A stretch of 64,000 nucleotides of DNA. Origin: an uncultured Planctomycetota bacterium (GTDB lineage: Bacteria > Planctomycetota > Planctomycetia > Isosphaerales > Isosphaeraceae). Position numbers and translations under genes: made by a program. The DNA lies in NCBI GenBank assembly GCA_963823665.1, contig CAWGMQ010000003.1, forward strand, positions 384,001 through 448,000. The letters run 5' to 3'. The notes beneath the pieces are model-generated. The model saw only the letters and a list, made by a program, of their open reading frames with translations, ran no database searches and was not told the origin of the DNA. This document shows, piece after piece, positions 12,074 to 22,430 of this stretch; the stretch's first letter is position 1; each line of letters opens with the position of its first letter.

Positions 12074-13875
12074 TTACCACTGGCGCACACGCTCGGGCAG
12101 CAGCGGCAGCCAGTAGCGCTTGATGACATCGGGCCACGCGAAGTCTTCTTCGAAACGCTTTCGGCCGGCCTGTCCCATGCGGTGGCGGAGGCCGGGATCG
12201 TCAAGCAGGCGGATTAGTTTTTCGGCGAGATCAAACGCATTCCCCGGCTCAAACAGCAACCCAGTGAGCCCGTCGCTCACCGTATAAGGCAACCCGCCGA
12301 TTCGGCTCGCGACCACCGGCTTCCCGGCGGCCATGGCTTCGACTGACGTGATGCTGAGCGCGTCTTGCGCGATTGTCGGCACCAAACAAATATCAGCGGC
12401 TTGGTAGTGGCGTGGTAACTCATCCTGCGAACACCAGCCGACGGACCTTGTGAATTCGTCGATCTGGCCGGGCGGGTCGAAGGTGACGACGAGCTCGAAA
12501 TCGTTGCGTGTTTCGCGCAAGACCCGGCAAGCCTCATGCGCCACATGAAATCCTTTAATGACCTCACCCGCCACGGCGGCCATGAACAACATGGCTGGTC
12601 GGTTCGATTTCACACCCTCTCCGGGCGTCCGAGGCTCCTGCCGAGCAGCGCAAGCGTCGGCCGCCGTTCCCTTCTCCCCACCGCTGACTACTGGCCACTG
12701 GCCACCGACACTCGCCGACTCGAAGCGCGCCGGATCAACCCCCCACGGGACGATGCAAACGCGGCTGGCGAATGGCTCGAGCAGTGCGGCTGTGATCGGA
12801 TTGAGCACAAGCACGGCCTCGGCGTCGTAAAACATCTGGCGCATGAGGGCGTCGTATTCCGACGTGCCGACTCCAGCGAGGGCGCGTTCCACCTGATGCA
12901 AGGCACCCGAGTGCTGCCCCCGTTCGGCGAGGCACTGGTGGCACACCTGCGGCGTCGCGAGCTGATTCCTGGTGCATTGCTCGGCCTTCACGGGCCCGAT
13001 CCCGAGCAGCCGGAGGTTGTTGAGCGGGCAAAGGCATTCCTGTGCCTGCATGAGCAGGATCGTGGGATAACCGCGCAAGGCCTCGGCGAGGTGTGGCTTC
13101 ATGTTCCATGTATCGGAAATCACGACATAGTCCGGGGCGAACGAGTCGACTGCGGCGCGAAGCGCTCGCGGATGGTGGGCACGTTCCACTCGGTTTCGGC
13201 GAATGCAAGTGGCTCGCTGGCGGCAAGGTCGTCCCGGGTGACGCGGCCGATTCCCCACGGCTCGTACTGGGCGTAGAAATGCCGCACGTCGAATCCGTCT
13301 CGGCCGAGGAATTCGACCAGGCCGGCTGTGTGCATATTCCCGCCGCCGGTTGACGGCCAGTTGAATAGCAAGCTAAGGACGGCGACGCGCACGGGGCGCG
13401 GCTCGCGCGCTCCGGGCACGGCCGCGCCATCGTCCGCATTCAGATTTTGATTTTCGGGGTTCGAATTTCCGTGCGCAGGCGACCAGCTCATTTCCGCGCG
13501 AATAAGCCCGAAATTCAGCCGGGCCGGCAAACACGTCTCGTCGGCTTCAACCACCCCGCGCCATTGCTCGCAGGCCTCCTCAAGCTTCCCCTGCATCGCG
13601 TCAAGAACCGCGAGATCATTCTGGACGAGCGCCCGAAGCCGGGGGTTCGTGCCCCTCGCAAAACCGCGCGCCAGCCGCAGATACGCTGCCCGAGCGTCCT
13701 CATACTTCCCCTCGCGCACGAACTCACAAGCCTTCCAATACCGCGCCGGCAGCCCGTCCCGGGCACCCGCCCCGCCGTCCCCGTTTCGAATTTCGATATT
13801 CGAATTTCGAGTTTCCCCCCGCGGCTCCTTCCCCATTTTCCCACCCCGCCCAGAAGTCTTCCCGCGCCTGGCCAT
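12074..13875 (-). CDS. TPR + GT4 (GT-B) glycosyltransferase with a Cys-rich insert; frameshift near 13160
   Basis: N-terminal TPR-like helices; NWPSTGGG; C-terminal EAMAAGKPVVASRIGGL...DGLTGLLFEPG; CLCP...C...CHQC segment. Confidence 0.85.
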
Positions 13876-14032
13876 GGCCGACCTCCGACCAACTCTGGAT
13901 TTTAGATGCTTGCGCTCAAGCCGCCATTCAATCCGACCCGCCCCGTGCCCTCAGCTTCCCTTCAACATCGCTCCAGTCAGTTCCAACTCCGGCCTCGCTC
14001 GATCCGCGCCGACCCGGTCCGTCCCTTCCCAC

Positions 14033-14160
14033 GAATTCATTCGTGAAGATTCGTGCCATTCGTGGTTAAACAGCATTTCATGCATGCACCTTTCCGACCC
14101 CTTCGCATCTTCCTCGGCCCTGTCATCTCATCTGCGCCCCATCTGCGTCAACTGCGGACA
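14033..14160. repeat. Short 9-11-bp periodic repeats (ATTCGTG and CATCTGCG types)
   Basis: ATTCGTGAAG-ATTCGTGCC-ATTCGTGGTT and CATCTGCGCCC-CATCTGCGT-CAACTGCGG; similar arrays at 57700-57725 and 60601-60628. Confidence 0.5.
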
Positions 14161-14225
14161 AATCTTCAGTTCCCCCATCGCTTTATCACCCCCGCCCAAC
14201 CACTGATCCGCCATTTTCCGTTCGC

Positions 14226-14586
14226 TCAGGTCGGCCTCTTCGGTGGATCTGGCCAGTGCGCCAGCGCGTCCTCGAGCGCCCGATCGCCAGCGCCGGGCAA
14301 TGCAGCTTATCCGGCGGCACACCATCCAATGCTTCGATCAGATTTTCAACCGTCAACTCCCGGCAGTGTGCGATCGATCTCCCGCGGATCATTTCCGTCA
14401 GGATTGAACCGCTCGCAATCGTCGGCCCGCAGCCAACTGTGTGGTACTTCGCCAGCGCGATTCGCTCGTCCTCAATCCTCAAATAGAGGATCATGAACGC
14501 ACCTCGGCCTGGCGCGCCAGCATGGCCGGTCAGGTCGGGGTTCTCGATCGCACCGCCGTTCCGCGGCGACATTACGTGCTCGGTCA
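14226..14586 (-). pseudogene. IscU/NifU N-terminal-like scaffold, 5' end clipped by IS66, with a frameshift near its 3' end
   Basis: EHVMSPRNGG, YHTVGCGPTIASGS and GVPPDKLHCPALAI resemble IscU motifs; the IS66 terminal repeat abuts the gene at 14587. Confidence 0.8.
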
Positions 14587-14747
14587 GTAACCGTCCGGTG
14601 GAGTACACGCGGCTAAATGCGCGCGGCCGGCGCGCGACTTGCTTCGCGCGCCTGGGAGCTCGGGGCCGATCACCGAGGGCATCCAGGCCCGCTCGACCGC
14701 CGGCCGCACCAGCACGCGCGCAAGCTCTCTGCTCGTGACCAGCGCGG

Positions 14748-16309
14748 TCACTCCACCGGCTTCGTCTCCGCTGCCACCCGTTCTTTCTTCCACTGATCCG
14801 GCAGCAACTCTCTGATTCGCCGCGCGGGGTGCGTGCTGATCCGCTCCAGCACGTCACGCAGATAGGCAAACGCATCCACCCCCACGTTCTTGCACGTCAT
14901 GCACAAGCTCATCAGCGTCGCCGCCGTCTTGCCGCCGGCGTCACTCCCGGCGAATAACCAATTCTTTCGACCGAGTGCCACCGGCTTCATCCCGCGCTCG
15001 CTGGCGTTATTGTCGATCGACAGCCAACCCGCCTCGGTGAATCTCTCGAGCGCCTGCCAGTGATTCAAGGCATACCCGATCGCTTCGCCGATCGGACTCT
15101 TGGGCAATACGCGACTCTTTTCCTGTAACAACCAAGCGTGGATCTCATTCAAGATCGGCTTCGAACGCTCCTGGCGCAATGCCCCGCGCCGCGTCGTCCT
15201 GATCCTTGGTGTCCTTCTCCACCTTGTACAACTGCTGAATCATGGCCATCGCCACGTGCGCCCTTACCGCGTCGCTCGACTTGGACTCGTGGAACTTCCG
15301 CCGCGCAGTGCGCCCAGCACCCCACTTCGATGATCTTCTTCCCGGCGTAGATCGCGTCGTAGGCCGAATACGCGTCGGCTTGAAGGTAGCCTTCATAACC
15401 ATCGAGCATCCGCTGCGGTCCCTCGCCGCTGCGATCCGGCGTGTAGTCGTACACCACGTGGGGATGATCGCGATCCCCCAGGTAGTCCCAGAGCCGGCCT
15501 GTCCGCGTCTTCCCCAAACTCCGGTCCAGAACGGGTACTGGCGTGTCGTCAGTCTGAATGACCCGCGATTTGAGGATCTCGCAGTGCATCTCCGCGACGA
15601 TCGGTTCCAACAATTCGGCAGAGACCGCCATCCAATCGCACATCGTCTGACGAGACAGCTCCACGCCGTGACGGCGGAAGATTCCTTCCTGCCGATAAAG
15701 CGGCAAATGGTCGGCGTACTTGCTGACGATCACCTGGGCCATGAGCCCTGGGCCAGGCAAACCTTTCTCGATCGGCTCAGGAAGTCGTTCGGCAATGATC
15801 ACGTTGGCCTGGCATGCCTTGCACGCGTACTTGGGCCGCACATGCTCGACCACAATCAAGCTGGCCTGAACAAATTCAAGCTGCTCGCGAACCTCCTCGC
15901 CAATGCCGGTGCGGATGACGCCGCAGTCGGGGCACGGGAGTAGTTCGGGGAGAACGTCGTGGACCTTGCGCCGGCGCTCGAGGCTCCTGGGCAGCGGCTT
16001 ACGACCGTGCCCGTTCTTCTTGGTTGGTTCCGCTTGGCCAACCGACTCGGTTGTCTTCGCGTCGGCAGCCGGTGGGGCCGCAGCGGGGTCGACTCCGGTT
16101 GCTTCCAAGATCTCGCGGGCGAAAAGGAGGAGTTGGTTGGGGTCGAGCTTTTCGGTCCTGGGGCCGTAGATCCGCCGCAGGAGCTTTTCGAGCTGATGCT
16201 GGAGGTGCTCGTTCAGGACGGTCTGCTGGCGCAGCGTCTCCAAGAGCTCGCGGATGAGCTGATGGGCGGTTTCCAGATCGGTGGGGAGTGAATCGGCCGC
16301 CGTCGTCAT
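14748..16309 (-). CDS. tnpC: IS66 TnpC DDE transposase (apparent frameshifts near 15180-15300)
   Basis: CPDCG/CKAC zinc motif, KYADHLPLYRQ, IQTDDTPV, LQADAY, GCWAH, IDNNASER...LGRKNWLFAGS. Confidence 0.93.
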
Positions 16310-16359
16310 ACCGTTATTACGGTCGACCGCCGTCAATGTGACGAGAGATTCTCAGAAGA

Positions 16360-16740
16360 TTATACGAGTGCATCTGCCTGCGAGATGGGGATGGGCGCCG
16401 GCAAAGTGTAGCGTCGCTGGCGGCCCGCGGTGCGTAAATCGATGCCGGCGAGGATGGCAGCCATCTCGGCCGGCGAGACTTCGATGCGGTTCGCCGTGGG
16501 TTGAGGGAAGCGGAAGACGCCTCGCTCGAGCCGCTTGTACCAGAGCGCGTAGCCATCGCGGTCCCAGTAGAGGATCTTGAGGCGATCGCCCCGCCGATTG
16601 CGAAAGACGAAGAGATGGCCGCAGAGGGGATCCAAGCCGATGGTCGAAGAGGTGAGGGCAGCGAGGCCGTCGAATCCCTTCCGGAGATCCGCTGGCCCAA
16701 CGGCCAAGAAAATGCGGACTGTGGGTGGGAAGTTGATCAC
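16360..16740 (-). CDS. tnpB: IS66 accessory protein TnpB
   Basis: DLRKGFDGL, LFVFRNRRGDRLKILYWDRDGYALWYKRLERG. Confidence 0.95.
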   Translation of the reverse strand: MINFPPTVRIFLAVGPADLRKGFDGLAALTSSTIGLDPLCGHLFVFRNRRGDRLKILYWDRDGYALWYKRLERGVFRFPQPTANRIEVSPAEMAAILAGIDLRTAGRQRRYTLPAPIPISQADALV

Positions 16741-17133
16741 GGCCGATCTTCCAGGACGTCGAGGAGTTGATGAAGGGTCGCCGGATCAAAGCCGGGTGGA
16801 ATGCGGACGAAGTGTCGTTCACTCACGACGAGCTCGAGCGAGGCGGGTGGATGGGAGACGTGGGGGTCGGCCGTAGAAACCCTCGATTGGGGACGGACAA
16901 GCACAGGAAGGAAGGCGGGGAGCGCGGGAGCTCGCCGGGGCAGAGACCGGCGCCGGGCGACGGCTTTCCGAGGGGCCGGCGGTAGGAAATCCGCCACGGA
17001 GACCGTATAGCCAACTGCGGAAGGAGCTGACGGAGATATGACGGCGGCGACAAAACTCAGTTTGGGTCAAACCAGAGCGGTGGAAGTCAGCCAGTATGGC
17101 TGACCAATCGCATTTGGGAATAGCGCGGGACAT
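16737..17133 (-). CDS. tnpA: IS66 TnpA (HTH) with one frameshift
   Basis: W...FHRSGLTQTEFCRRRHISVSSFRSW at the N-terminus; VRIPPGFDPATLHQLLDVL at the C-terminus in another frame. Confidence 0.85.
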
Positions 17134-17217
17134 GCGTGGACTCCGGTGCGTGAGGGCACCGGCTTATCCTGACACCAACCCCCGCCCGGATAAAGATGCA
17201 CTTCACCGGACGGTTAC

Positions 17218-17893
17218 CGCCTTGCGATCCGCAAGGCCCAGTGCTTCCCGAGCCGCCGGGGCCGGTTATGGGGCTCGGCCCGGGGCCTGGTCCGCCCGGG
17301 CCCGTTATCGGGCCGAGGGGGCCATCCTGAGGCGAAATAACGATGCCGCCCAAGCCGCCACCCGCGCCCCCGCTGCCCTTGAGCGTCCAGCGCGGCCCGG
17401 TACCGCCGCCGCCACCGCCGCCCAACCCGCCACCGCCTCCGATGCCACCGCCACCGCAGCCGCAACCCACGCCACCGCCTTGCGACAGCGGCCCAGGAAT
17501 CGGCGCTGGTCCAATCGGACCGTTCAGCGGCGTCAACGTGAGCGACCCGCCGGGCCCAGCCGAAAACGAGCCGCCCCCACCCGGCCCTCCGCCCTTCAAT
17601 ACCGGGCCCGGGCTCGGTGTGAGGCCCGTGCGCCCGCCACCACCACCCATCGTGCCCCCGCCGCCTGTCGTCCCTCCACCAGGCGTCGTGCCGCCCGTCC
17701 CCGTCGTACCGCCCCCTCCGGTCGCCCCGCCGCCGGCGGTGCAACCCGAGCCCTGGTTAGACCCGCACGACGAATTCAGCGAACACTGCCCTTGCAATGT
17801 CAGCGGCGAACTGCCGTTGCCGCCAGCCTCGCCGGTATTGCCCAGCGCGGGCGGTGTCGGCTTGGTGTTATCGGGCGTGAATACGTTGGCCAT
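17218..17893 (-). pseudogene. Gly/Pro/Thr/Cys-rich low-complexity protein, 3'-truncated by IS66
   Basis: Strong RBS (GAGGAGG) upstream of the ATG at 17893; GGTT and GPI-type repeats, CGCGGG; the frame runs into the IS66 end at 17217. Confidence 0.65.
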
Positions 17894-17915
17894 GGTTCAA
17901 CCTCCTCGCTCTCCA

Positions 17916-18526
17916 TCAGATGACCGCTGTTTTACATTTGTCGGCGCTTCGTCGCAAAAAAAAATCGTCCTGCGTGATTTCCCGGAAGAGCTCCTCCGCC
18001 GTTTCGATCCCGACAAGCCAGCTCAATTCCGCCTTGAAGGCGTTCGGCGTGAGCGAGCGGGGCAGGCCTGCATCGGCGGTAACGTGCCCCAGCGCCCGGT
18101 GGTCCCGCCAATGCCCGTTTCGCATTCCCGCCTGTCGGTAAACGTGGTTTGCCCGTTCTGGCGGCGATTGATTCGGAACCGGACAGGCTCGAAGCCGTCA
18201 CGGTGAATCTCCACAAATCGCGACGAGGTGCCAATGAAGTCCTTGAGCGCAGCCAGCTCTTCAGCCGATTTGCCCTCGATCTTCGCGCGATCTCGGCGCT
18301 TGGCCTGCTGGTCCTCGTCCAACGGCACGTAACGCTTCTGCGCTGTGATGCAGGCATGCCAGCGCGGTTGTGTATTTACGCACGGCGTCGAAACCTTCGG
18401 TCGCGACGACGGCGACCCTTCAGGTGCCCGAGACCCGTGCCGACCGCATGGCGGCACTCCTTGGGCCGCGCGGAGAAGGGCGCTGGCGTCGGTCGAAGAT
18501 TTCGAGTTTTTTCGGGCGGTTGCCAT
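17916..18526 (-). CDS. Hypothetical protein (~200 aa, frameshifted)
   Basis: GAGGA RBS before MATARKNSK; protein-like segments RYVPLDEDQQAKRRDRAKIEG...FVEIHRDGFEPVRF and ...ELSWLVGIETAEELFREIT in different frames; ends just before the Gly-rich gene. Confidence 0.45.
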
Positions 18527-18836
18527 CGAAGCCCGTCCTCGTGCGCACGTTATATACACGCAAATTTTGGGCATGGAATCTCGGTGCCCCGCAAGTGCGT
18601 TCGTTTTACAGCCTACCGAAATGAAACAGCGAAACGCGCTCGCCCAAGCTGCTGCGCTAGCAACCCGGCGATCAACGCATTTCGCTCAAAACGCCACGAC
18701 CGGAACCAGAAAAGGCCCCCGCGGCAAACCCCGGCTTCCATGCGAAGCCAGCCGCATTCCCGGCGCGAGTCCTCGCGCCTCGGAACAAAGACTCAACACT
18801 TCCGAAGCCTTTTTTGTTCGGTCACTTTCAAGGCAA

Positions 18837-19226
18837 ATGAACCCGGCTGCCACTACGCCCGCCGATGCCCGCGCAGCTTTCTTGCGGCGATTCGGAAGCT
18901 TAACTGTGGGCAAACTTTCGGTTGATAAGGGTGTGTGGACCTTTCGGTATTCGCCTGCGTTTCGCGCTAGAAATGACATGAGGCCGCTGCCGATGTTCCC
19001 GGACGTAAATGGAGTGTATAGATCGGACGAACTATGGTCATTTTTCCGGATGCGAGTCCCGAGCTTGAAGCAACCCGCGGTTCGTGCCATTGTAGATAAA
19101 GAGGGGATTGACTCGAACGACCAGATTACGTTGCTGAAGCGGTTTGGTCGGCGAACCATAAGCAATCCGTTCGAGCTCGTAGAGGACGAGGCGCCGTCAG
19201 GCATGACTCCGGCTTTGTCGCGATGA
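18837..19226 (+). CDS. Standalone HipA N-terminal (Couple_hipA-like) domain protein
   Basis: VGKLSVDKGVWTFRYS...LPMFPD....YRSDELWSFFRMRVP...LLKRFG pattern. Confidence 0.7.
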   Translation: MNPAATTPADARAAFLRRFGSLTVGKLSVDKGVWTFRYSPAFRARNDMRPLPMFPDVNGVYRSDELWSFFRMRVPSLKQPAVRAIVDKEGIDSNDQITLLKRFGRRTISNPFELVEDEAPSGMTPALSR

Positions 19227-19480
19227 CCTCCGCCTTAAATCGCGTCGCTCGAGTTTATCGGTGTGCCCGGGCCGCGATCGGACGCGACCGCGGAGACGAC
19301 CAAGACTCGAACGGGCTCAAGCACTCCTGCCCGAGTGGCTGAATCAGACATCATGAACGTCATTGGTTCTCCGCCGAACGTGTGGGCCGCGAATGCGTGG
19401 ATGCGGGACCCTGACCGAAAGGGTGGATGTCTGGATTCCCATGGCTCGATTCACGATTCATGCGTCTCTCGGAGGCCACC

Positions 19481-21298
19481 ATGTCAACGCTTGTGCTGAT
19501 TGCTCTTGCGCTCCGAGGTTTAGGCGACGCTCAGACCCAAGATGGCGGTGGAGAACCTCCTCAGGCAGCGAGGAGGGTGATTGACGGGCGCGTGACGGAC
19601 GCGCACGGTCGGCCCGTGCACGAAGGCAAGGTATTGTTCGCGCACCAGAATCCGCCGCTGGCGTTTCAGGAACTTTGGGCGGCAACCATTGACAGCCAGG
19701 GATATTACCACGTCGAGCTAGCAACATATCCGGTCGGCGCCACGACTATCCCGCCCACCGGCAGGCTTCGTTATCTCGCCCTTGTTCCCGGCTTCCGCGG
19801 CGAGACCGGGAGGGTTGACACCGAATCCGGCCCGGCGAAGGTCGACATTCGGCTTGTGCCTGAGGAATGGAGGTCGACGGAGATTGTGCTGCAGAATACT
19901 GCTGTCGACCCCGTGGCCGGCGCACGAGTGTCACTCATGCTCGGGGGGCGCGCGACGTGGTCGCGACAGATAACCGATCCGCAAGGTCGGTGCGTGGTCA
20001 AATCCGCACCCGGGATAACTTGGATTTGTAGGGTCGAGCACCCCGATTATATGACCACCGAATTTGGCTCTCGCGGTGCGACGGAGGACCCGCCAATGCT
20101 CAGGGTTCCGCTTTTTGCCAGCATCGAGGGCCGTGTAGTAGACCCCTCCGGCAATCCTTGGGCCGGGATTCAGATCGGCAGGCTGTTATCAGACAGGGTC
20201 ATCGTGACTAAAACGAGCGAGCCCCTCATGGTCCTTCCGTTCCGGGGTGCAAAAGACTTCCAGGTCACGGATTCACAAGGTCGCTTCAAGCTGTCCCCGC
20301 TCACTCCCTTGAATAGCCGCGATCTCGGGGGCAACTCACGAGACATCAAGACCCAGCCTCTGACCGTCTGTTTCGCTGACCCGACCATGCACCATGTTTT
20401 CTTTACGCGACTTGACGTGCAGGGCGCCCGCCACGCGCACGAAATCGTTCTGCGCCCAGCATGTGCCGTGCGCATTCCGATCGAGCACACTGCCACCGTC
20501 CCCAACGGGAAGTTTCTAAGCCAGTGGGACCTTTACGATGTTTCCAACGCGCGGTCGTCTGAGCGCGGGATGCTCGCGATGACGCGGCGAGCGAAACAGG
20601 AATCCCAGGGCCAGGGGTCGGATGCAGCCGAGTGGATCGAGGGATACCTACCCGCGGGTAAGTACCGTATTGACGTAAACTCCGTCAACCTCGCCGCGCG
20701 AGAGTGGGTTGAGGCGGCGAGCATCGGGGTCGTTGTCCCACCGGGCGAAGGGCCTCTCTCGCTGCCGCCGGTCCGTATGTCCTTGCCACCACTGCGCGGC
20801 CTTACGGGAAAGCCGGCGCCCGAGGTCGATGCGAAGGATGCACGAACAGGAGCGGTTGTGAAGCTGTTCGACTACCGCGGCAAGGTGGTTGTCCTCGATT
20901 TCTGGGGTCACTGGTGTGGGCCGTGCCTGGGGGCGATGCCGCACTTAATCGACGCATATGAGCGATTCAAAGGCAAGCCCGTCGTGATCATAGCGCTCCA
21001 TGACCAGTCGATTCAGTCGGTTGACGAACTCAACAGCCGCCTGAGCGGCGTGAAGCGCCAACTTTGGAAGAACCGAGATCTTCCTTTCGCGGTGGCCTTC
21101 GACCGGCCGGACCCAGCGGTCGGTGCCGATGAAGCGGGCATTGCAAGAGGCGCGACGATCGCCCGCTACAAGATCCGCGCGTTTCCCACAACCCTGGTTA
21201 TTGACCCGGACGGGAAAGTCGTCGGGCCGGTGGACGCCCGCGACGATGGTCAGCTCACGGCGATGATTGAGAAGGCACTCAAAGCTTCCGCGAGGTGA
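19481..21298 (+). CDS. Exported TlpA/ResA-like thiol-disulfide oxidoreductase with N-terminal carboxypeptidase-regulatory-like beta domains
   Basis: GGAGG RBS; hydrophobic N-terminus; IDGRVTD/IEGRVVD and TDPQGR/TDSQGR repeats; GKVVVLDFWGHWCGPC...FPTTLVIDPDGKV. Confidence 0.85.
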   Translation: MSTLVLIALALRGLGDAQTQDGGGEPPQAARRVIDGRVTDAHGRPVHEGKVLFAHQNPPLAFQELWAATIDSQGYYHVELATYPVGATTIPPTGRLRYLALVPGFRGETGRVDTESGPAKVDIRLVPEEWRSTEIVLQNTAVDPVAGARVSLMLGGRATWSRQITDPQGRCVVKSAPGITWICRVEHPDYMTTEFGSRGATEDPPMLRVPLFASIEGRVVDPSGNPWAGIQIGRLLSDRVIVTKTSEPLMVLPFRGAKDFQVTDSQGRFKLSPLTPLNSRDLGGNSRDIKTQPLTVCFADPTMHHVFFTRLDVQGARHAHEIVLRPACAVRIPIEHTATVPNGKFLSQWDLYDVSNARSSERGMLAMTRRAKQESQGQGSDAAEWIEGYLPAGKYRIDVNSVNLAAREWVEAASIGVVVPPGEGPLSLPPVRMSLPPLRGLTGKPAPEVDAKDARTGAVVKLFDYRGKVVVLDFWGHWCGPCLGAMPHLIDAYERFKGKPVVIIALHDQSIQSVDELNSRLSGVKRQLWKNRDLPFAVAFDRPDPAVGADEAGIARGATIARYKIRAFPTTLVIDPDGKVVGPVDARDDGQLTAMIEKALKASAR

Positions 21299-21922
21299 CA
21301 AGAGCGGCAGATTCGTATGCACGGAATCGGGGCCGAGCTACTCATTTCGAATCGCGTCGGAGAGCTTCGCTCCTGCCGGCGACGGCTTTGGACTACTTGC
21401 CTCTGGCCAGCGAAGCAGCGGCGCGGGCTCTGTACGATGAAGCCGATTGCCGAGCGAGTCGAATACATGTTGCAGGATCCCACAGTTCAGTTCTCGTATC
21501 ACAATCAGGTTAGGTCGAAATCGAGCCAGCCAGCTACGATGTAGCATGGCATGCAAGAGGTCGGTGGCCCCTTCGCGGCGCGTAAGGCGATAAAGGGCTG
21601 GGAGGAACCCCGCTCGTCCGGTGTGCTCGGTTCAAGCGACACTAAAGCTGACCGTGCCAGGAAGCTGGAGTGGGCGATCTCCCCCGCGCTCGAGCCCCCC
21701 GCTGCCGCCTGTGGCGACGACTTCCCGTGCTCAGGCTTCAACTTCGGCAGGGAACGGGCGAGGACACGGGTCGCGTTGATATCAAGGTCATCGTACCGCA
21801 CACGGTTGTGCGCGTGCGATTGTCTCGGCGAGTCGGGCTGACGACCGAGGTTGGTGGCCTTGCATTCCGGATGAACCACGGTCTGCGGGTTGGTGGGTGA
21901 GCGGGCACCGCGAGGTTGAGAT

Positions 21923-21947
21923 GCACTTTCGCGGAGCGAAAGGCAAC
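21923..21947. repeat. REP-like palindrome CTTTCGCGGAGCGAAAG
   Basis: Hairpin; near-identical copy inside a gene at 27081-27105. Confidence 0.65.
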
Positions 21948-22430
21948 CTTGTGAGATGCGCTCACGAGCGAGCCCGTGGGTTCGCCGGCGGAGGCTTTTG
22001 AGATGCTCGGGGCGACTTCAGCGCGTTCGGGGGCACTGTTTTTTCGCGCTGTGAGGTGCGACCTGCGTAATCCGACCTCCGTCGATCGAAAATGCCGAGA
22101 TTTTCGGAAACTGGCGCAAAAAAGCGGGCCCGTTTGTAGATCATTCAGGAAAGGGAGCATTTGAAACCCAAGGCGTTGCCGTTGGCGTCGACTGTTGTGG
22201 CTTGGCAGGGCGTGGATTGGCATGGGGGGCATCAACGAAGTCAATAACAACGGCGCGCTGGAACGTGAGAATGGCGAGGAGATGACAAGATGACAGCATC
22301 AGGAATTGACGGGGTCAAAACGTATGGTGGAGCGGATCGTTCCGGAGACGCCGTTGCGGGCCGGTCGTCGGTCGCTCGGAACAACGGAGAAAGCACAACG
22401 GCCGACGGCGATGTGTTGCCGCTCGACGCC

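Larger units (their letters stand above)
14587..17217 (-). mobile_element. IS66-family insertion sequence (~2.63 kb)
   Basis: Terminal inverted repeats GTAACCGTCCGGTGGAGTACA (from 14587) and GTAACCGTCCGGTGAAGTGCA (reverse complement, ending 17217); tnpA-tnpB-tnpC inside; flanks CTCGGTCA and CGCCTTGC do not match. Confidence 0.95.

Noticed and set aside
16360..16740. TnpB as an RNA-guided nuclease
   Set aside because: This is the short IS66 accessory TnpB, unrelated to IS200/IS605 TnpB, and it has no RuvC motifs.
17343..18206. Poly-proline protein on the plus strand
   Set aside because: It is the antisense shadow of the Gly-rich minus-strand gene, which has the RBS and matches the locus orientation.
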